NCBI RefSeq assembly: GCF_006345805.1
Contig: NC_043001.1
Span: forward strand, 49,600,001-49,664,000
Source: Octopus sinensis
Lineage: Eukaryota
Direction of reading: 5' to 3'
Length of the DNA: 64,000 nt
In this document: in pieces, positions 57,331 through 64,000 of the stretch
Position numbering within the stretch: position 1 is the stretch's first letter
Layout: the number at the start of each line of letters is the position of its first letter
Program-made: the position numbers and the translations under genes
The notes under the pieces: generated by a model
What the model was told of the DNA's origin: nothing
Seen by the model: the letters and a program-made list of their open reading frames with translations, nothing else
Database searches by the model: none

Positions 57331-57846
57331 GACGCCCTTTTTGTTATATATTTACCTGGTTTTGTGTCACCTGTGTTAAATTTTTTTAATTATTACAGAC
57401 GAAGGTTAATGTTTGGAATTAAGCTGAACCTTGATACACAATCAGTCGTGTTCTACTCACTGGTAACACAATGTGCGAATCAGATTCCGATCCCCACAAA
57501 GTGTTTGTTTTTTCTTTGTTATGTAACTTAATTTATTTACCTCGATTTATGTCATGTTGGCGTTTATAATTTAATATCAATTTTTCTACGTTTTGAAACG
57601 AATTTAACCTCATCGATATCATTGTGGTTATTTATATTTGTTTTCCTATATTTAGTGGAAATAACTTATATAGATCATTAATAACTTCGATATGGATTAC
57701 TCTGGGAAGAATATACTTGCATCACCGATTAATCCATATTTCAGGATGGTTCTCGAGAAAGTTGAAGACCTTGTGAGACAGATGAGGTGTAACATGTAAA
57801 AGATAAAAGGTACATACATACATACATACATACATACATACATACA

Positions 57847-57878
<32 letters not shown>

Positions 57879-57967
57879 GGTACATATACATATGCATATG
57901 TGTGCGTGTTGTGTGCGTGTTTATGTATGTACATATATACATATCTATCTATCTATCTATCTATCTA

Positions 57968-58069
<102 letters not shown>

Positions 58070-58090
58070 GACTGTCTATCTATCTATCAA

Positions 58091-58159
<69 letters not shown>

Positions 58160-58255
58160 TTAATCCAACAAGAAAGCACAAAAAAACACAACAACGCGAG
58201 GACGTGGAACAAATATAGTATTATTGGACGCTCAGGAAAGAAGGAAAGAAGGAGG

Positions 58256-58290
58256 GTTTAACGTTTCGAGCGGAGCTCTTCGTCGGAAAC
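58256..58290 (-). ncRNA. Second hammerhead-like motif with one core substitution
   Basis: GTTT-CCGACGA-A-GAGC-TCC-GCTC-GAAAC-GT-T-AAAC; 4-bp stem I intact, core U4 replaced by C. Confidence 0.45.
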
Positions 58291-58419
58291 ATAGGAGAAG
58301 GAAAATCCAGAGAAGGGAAGACAGAGGGGAAAAAATCGCCAACAGTACACATGAGGTCATATATATATGTGTATGTATGTATATATATGTATATGTATAT
58401 GTATATGTGTGTGTGTGTG

Positions 58420-58462
<43 letters not shown>

Positions 58463-58775
58463 TTTTATTCTTATTCTTTTACTTGTTTCAGTCATTTGAT
58501 TGCGGTCATGCTGAAACACCGCCTATAGTCGAACAAATCGACCCCAGGACTTATTCTTTGTAAACCCAGTACTTATTCTATCGGTCTCTGTTGCCGAACT
58601 GCTAAGTTACGGAAACGTAAACGCACCACATCAGTTGTCAAACAACGGTGGAGGGACAAACACAAACACACAAATATACACATGCATAAAGACATACATA
58701 CATACATACATACATACATACATACATACATACATACAACATACATACATACATACATACATACATACATACATG

Positions 58776-58846
<71 letters not shown>

Positions 58847-59733
58847 GCCTTGGGCAAGAGTCTTCTGCTACAGTCTCAGGCCAGATTGGAGCAATCTCGA
58901 GTATAACCAGCCGAAATTGCAAAGATAATCTGGAACTCGACTGAGGAAAGAAAACTCCTAATGACCCGTCCTTATTTTCTTTGTATCGTCTATCTGGATG
59001 TTTTGCGTTCTTGTTCCATTTTGTATTTGATACATACATACATACATACATACATACATACATACATACATACATACATACATACATACAACATACATAC
59101 ATACACACACACACACATATATATATATATATTATATATATATAATATATATATATAAGCAAAGTTAATTGCAGTCAAAAGGATGTATATTGTGAATATA
59201 TTGGGTTGACACTCAGAGTTAAGATAGCGGAATGAGGGGTGTGACGTTTAGTGCTGAGCTCTTTGTCGGAAAGAGGAAAAGTACGGAGAAAAAGAAAAGA
59301 AGTGTCCAAGAAAATCACATCCAGTCACTTTAGCCATATAACGACACACGTGTTTTTCACGGACTATTCTTCTCCTTCTCTCTAGACCTCTCCTCTTGCC
59401 TTTTTCTGACGAGGCACCGTACTCGGAACGTCCTACTCCCGCTTTTTTCCATCTTAAACTGAACGTCACCCTAAGACATTCACTGTGTGCGTCCTTATTA
59501 CTTTTGTTGTTTTTTGTTTTTATTTTTGCCTTTATTCTTGAATTGCCTTTTATTGCACGCTTACACGGATCTTCTGCGGTTTCTCGATGATGATTTAGAA
59601 TACTTAATCCTTGGATTTCCACGCACTGGATTACGTTACACCTTTGAATTTCCGAAAGTGCCACGCAGTGAGACTGAATTCGGAAATATGTGGTTGAGAG
59701 ACAAACTTCATACAACAAAAGCCACGCCTGTAA

Positions 59734-59764
<31 letters not shown>

Positions 59765-59978
59765 TGTATGTATGTATGTATGTATGTATGTATGTATGTA
59801 TGTATGTATGTATGTATGTGAACGTGTGTATAGTTTTTAATTATTGTACTGCTTTCCGTAATTGAACTGTGACCATACTATGGTTAGTTAACTATATCGA
59901 CTCCAGCAATTACTTAATGTAACTGCTTCGGTGACTTAAATGTCGACTACTACGAGGACCTAATTAAAATCTCGCAAC

Positions 59979-60044
<66 letters not shown>

Positions 60045-60063
60045 TTCCTTCTCTCTCTTTCTT

Positions 60064-60094
<31 letters not shown>

Positions 60095-60135
60095 ATCTGT
60101 CTATCTATCTATCTCCTTCTCTCTTTCTCTTTCTT

Positions 60136-60182
<47 letters not shown>

Positions 60183-60269
60183 CACACACACACAGACACT
60201 AGCAATGCTACTCATCGTTACCCAGGTACCAAATATATAAATAAACCATTGAAAAAGGAAAAACATCGA

Positions 60270-60376
60270 CCTTGTTTCTCAACTGGTACTTACTTTATCG
60301 AGCCTGAAACGATGACAGTTGATTTAGGCGGAATTTGATGTCAGAACATAAAGACGGACAAAATTACTCTAGGTAA

Positions 60377-60460
<84 letters not shown>

Positions 60461-60870
60461 CCTTTCTACTAAAGGCACGAGGCCTGAAAGTTGGAGGAGG
60501 GAGCTAGTAGTCGATTTCATCAATCCCAGTGAGTAACTGGTACTTATTTAACCAACCCCGAAAGAATGAAAAGCAAAGTTGACCCCGAAAGGATGAAAGG
60601 CGGAATTTGAACTCAGAACATAGCGGCAGACGAAATACCTATTTCTTTACAACCCATAAGGGGCTAAACACAGAGCGGACAAACAAGGACAGATATACGG
60701 ATTAAGTCGATTATATAGACCCCATTGCGTAACTAGTACTTATTTAATCGACCCCGAAAGGATGAATGGCAAAGTCGACCTCGGTAGAATTTGAACTCAG
60801 AACGTAACGGCAGATGAAATACCGCTAAGCATTTCGCTTGGCGTGCTAATGATTCTGCCAGCTCGCACCC
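60270..60870 (-). mobile_element. SINE cluster, same family
   Basis: AAAGTCGACCTCGG...TTTGAACTCAGAAC cores interleaved with (AAT)n. Confidence 0.7.
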
Positions 60871-60873
60871 TTA

Positions 60874-60940
<67 letters not shown>

Positions 60941-60966
60941 TAATATTAATAATGATGATGATGATA

Positions 60967-61013
<47 letters not shown>

Positions 61014-61039
61014 AATAATAATAATAATAATAATAATAA

Positions 61040-61595
61040 ATGCCCTGATGCAGTACCAGGCAGTGGCTCTCATGGCTTCTGATCTTAACTGATTGGAAGT
61101 GTTATCATGTACATTGTTTTGTCTTGGTATAAAAGATGGGCTACAGCAAATATTCTGCTCAATACCACAGATTTGCTTGTCAGTTGTTTGACCTTAACCA
61201 GTTGAGCATGTTCCTTAGTGGCTGACGATATGTGCATCTCTGATCACGAGCAGAAGTAATGGGGGAGCATCATAGCCATGTGTTGAGAGGGATTCTTTGG
61301 GGTTTGAATAATTCACCTCTGGAAACATGGGTGTTTCATTCAACATCCTTAAACAACCCTTATTCAGGGAACTTTTGAGCAGGATGGGCTACTCAACCTG
61401 AAGAAAATTCTAACTGGGCCCCACCTGCAAGGTCATGTGCTGTTTATCTTGATATGAGATCACCATGTCGCGCACATATGGTTGTGATGCATGTGCCTGG
61501 TGTACCCTTATCAGACGGGTAGTCATGATGGTTATATTGGGCTTCGTATATTTTACCCCAGTGTCACTTTGATGGCATGCACTGCTCTCTCACTC
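61040..61595. mobile_element. Full copy of the ~560-bp (AAT)n-embedded element
   Basis: (AAT)n on both sides; homologous to 9223-9739. Confidence 0.75.
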
Positions 61596-61624
61596 AATAA
61601 TAATAATAATAATAATAATAATAC

Positions 61625-61973
61625 CGGCAGATGACAACGTGACTCTAAAAGAAATTGAGAAACTCTCAAAATACAAAGACCTGGAAATAGAGGTAACCAG
61701 AATGTGGAATCCAAAAACAGAAACAATTCCTATCATAGTAGGTGCATTAGGCATGATAAAAAAATATTCAAACAAATACATAACAAAAACACCAGGACTT
61801 ACAAACACATATAACATACAGAAAATTGTATTACTAGGTACTGCACACATCCTACGCAGAACACTTTCCATACAATAACCATCAGAACATCACAACAAAT
61901 CACAGCACATACCCAAGGCACACAGAGCTGCGCTCGGTAGTGAAGTGAAAGCACGCTATAAAAAATAAAACTA

Positions 61974-61978
<5 letters not shown>
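61625..61978 (+). mobile_element. R4/Dong-clade 3' fragment (restriction-like endonuclease) in (AAT)n
   Basis: KEIEKLSKYKDLEIEVTRMW...PIIVGALG...LLGTAHILR is the R4/Dong RLE C-terminus; (AAT)n on both sides, matching known Dong TAA-repeat targeting. Confidence 0.8.
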
Positions 61979-62025
<47 letters not shown>

Positions 62026-62036
62026 TAATAATAATA

Positions 62037-62110
<74 letters not shown>
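61979..62110. repeat. (AAT)n microsatellite
   Basis: Seen directly; other (AAT/ATT)n tracts at ~8800-8865, 19588-19660, 41935-42055, 60378-60460 and 60875-61040. Confidence 0.95.
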
Positions 62111-62111
<1 letters not shown>

Positions 62112-62690
62112 GAAAGCGAAGATCAGGAAGGAATGTTACAGGAAAGTTCGAGCAGTCTTAAAATCCGAGTTAAAAGCACGTAACAAGGTGTTAGCTATAA
62201 ATTCCTTAGTAGTTCCGGTTGTTAATCAATGTGTTGATCTGGAATATGAAGGAAATAAGGAAGATTGACAGGAAAATCCGTAAGCTGCTGACTTACGTCT
62301 TTACCTACTCAGAGCTCTCCGACAAAACCGCCTCAGTTGGACCGGCAAAATATCTTGAAACATCTAACGACTCGATACTAAAGCTCGTTGAAAACCATGA
62401 AAGACGTAAGAAGCTGCATTCTGTTATGAAGGAGAACAAAATATTTTCAAGTGAGTTTATGCATAATACCCAGGTTGAACAGCATGATGGAAGTGCAGCA
62501 ACTGCAGTTACAAAGTGGGTTATATCAATAGCAAAGTAAAATGTGTTTGAACAATTGGCTGATAGGTGGGAACAAAGCTTCTGCATAGCAAATATGTGGC
62601 CCGTAGTAAACAAGATGATGTAGACCAGAATCATATCCATCGGTGGTTATGGAGCTCAGGGCTAAAGGCAGAGAGTGAAGCTAAACAGTA
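62110..62690 (+). mobile_element. R4/Dong-clade RT thumb-region fragment
   Basis: KSELKARNKVLAINSLVVPVV...IWNMKEIRKIDRKIRKLLT; disrupted. Confidence 0.65.
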
Positions 62691-62928
62691 ATATTCCTAA
62701 CAATTCTGTAAATGAAATTAACCTCCATAAAAATCATGATAAAATATGATTCATAATACTTTTTGCAAAGCAAATTAGAACTAATATAGTGAATTTGTTC
62801 TACAAAGCAGTCTCTGAGCATTTTTCAGAGAAAAATAAATACCATAAAATAATAAACTCGCCCAGATTAAGAGCCGGTTTCCGCATATCGAAAAACAAAT
62901 TATCACTGCACAGAATGCTAAACTTTTT

Positions 62929-63543
62929 ATGATTTCTATAATAATAGGAGTAAAGAAAATAAAAATGAATCATTTAATGACCAAAATGGCGAGAAATTCA
63001 ATGATGAGATATACGACAAACGAAGGAAAGGATGTAACTCTTAGGGACACCCCACTGGAATCTAAATATATAAACATACAATATATAAAAGAAAGAAGCA
63101 ATAAGTGTAATATTAACAGCAAAAATGATAATATAAATACAGATATTAATAATACAAATATTAATACTAGTGTTTTTAATAGCAGCAATGAACATAAAAA
63201 AGAGAACAGTAAAAGTATTAGAATAGGTAAGGAAAACTTTGACGAAGTAGATAGATTATTAGTAAAGACTCCTAACATTGAAAATAAATATAACTAGGAT
63301 AATTCTGAAGACATAGAATACAAGCGCAGCATTATTAGTAAGAAAACAGGGAACGGTTCTAAAGGTAAAACTTGCGATTCTGCCAAAGGAAAACGACGTC
63401 CATTAAATTCTTTTTGTGGGGAAAAGGGGGTAATATATGGATGTAATGTAATATCTGAGGGACAGGATTACTACTATATAGGTTCTACAGAAAATTATAT
63501 AAAAAGGAGGATAGAAAATCATAAAAACGCTAGGGATGGGTAA
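62929..63543 (+). mobile_element. Degenerate Penelope-type ORF: Asn-rich linker plus GIY-YIG N-terminus
   Basis: ORF 62929..63297 continues in frame past one TAG into GVIYGCNVISEGQDYYYIGSTENYIKRRIENHK. Confidence 0.6.
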
Positions 63544-64000
63544 AAAATCTATCAACTAATATATGTAAATAAATAATTATATTAATAGAAACTAATATAA
63601 ATTTTATTTAAAAAATAAGTACATAAACAATTAAGTTCAAGTAACAATTGCGTACATACCAAAATTTACTTTACCAATAATAAGAGCGTAGAAGAAAGTA
63701 TTATGGATATGATGAATAGGACGAATGGCAAAGGCAGGCTTGAAAGCCTATATGGTTAGTAATTTAACAAATAGGGTGAAATAAGGGAGTGAAGAATGTG
63801 TTATAGACATATTGAATTGTTTGGAAAGTAGTGACTAGCTTGTAAACAGGTGATCGGCACCACTGAAAGAATGAATAGTAACATGACCTAGTTCTTCTGA
63901 AATTTGCTTATCCCTTGTCCAGTTACGTCAAAATCAACCTTTGTCTATTTTTAGAACAGAATCTGAGATGCACATGCTATAATTCAATTGGAATAAACTC

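Noticed and set aside
59405-59440. Hammerhead-like CTGACGAG...GGAACGTC (and a similar one at ~2950-2986, minus)
   Set aside because: GAAA core is mutated and stems I/II do not pair convincingly.

Overview
AT-rich, microsatellite- and repeat-dense eukaryotic genomic DNA, most likely an octopod cephalopod (inferred from the SINE content and the resemblance of the gene product to squid sigma-class GST). It holds a tandem pair of sigma-class glutathione S-transferase genes on the + strand. Gene 1 is complete: five exons from 13087, 201 aa, with a GC-AG third intron. Gene 2 shows only exon 1 (56074-56206). The most striking feature is a ~4-kb tandem duplication giving gene 1 two intact alternative terminal exons (28778-28942 and 33766-33930). 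They differ by 11 amino-acid-changing and no silent sense-codon substitutions, while their immediate flanks are identical. The rest is mobile DNA: a near full-length Tx1/L1-type LINE plus a truncated copy, both inside (GATA)n; a young CR1-type LINE; RTE, R4/Dong, Gypsy, mariner, hAT, Helitron and Penelope-type (GIY-YIG, hammerhead-like) remnants; many tRNA-derived SINEs; and several long near-perfect inverted repeats. Coordinates were read by eye. Exon and junction coordinates were counted carefully; repeat boundaries are approximate.
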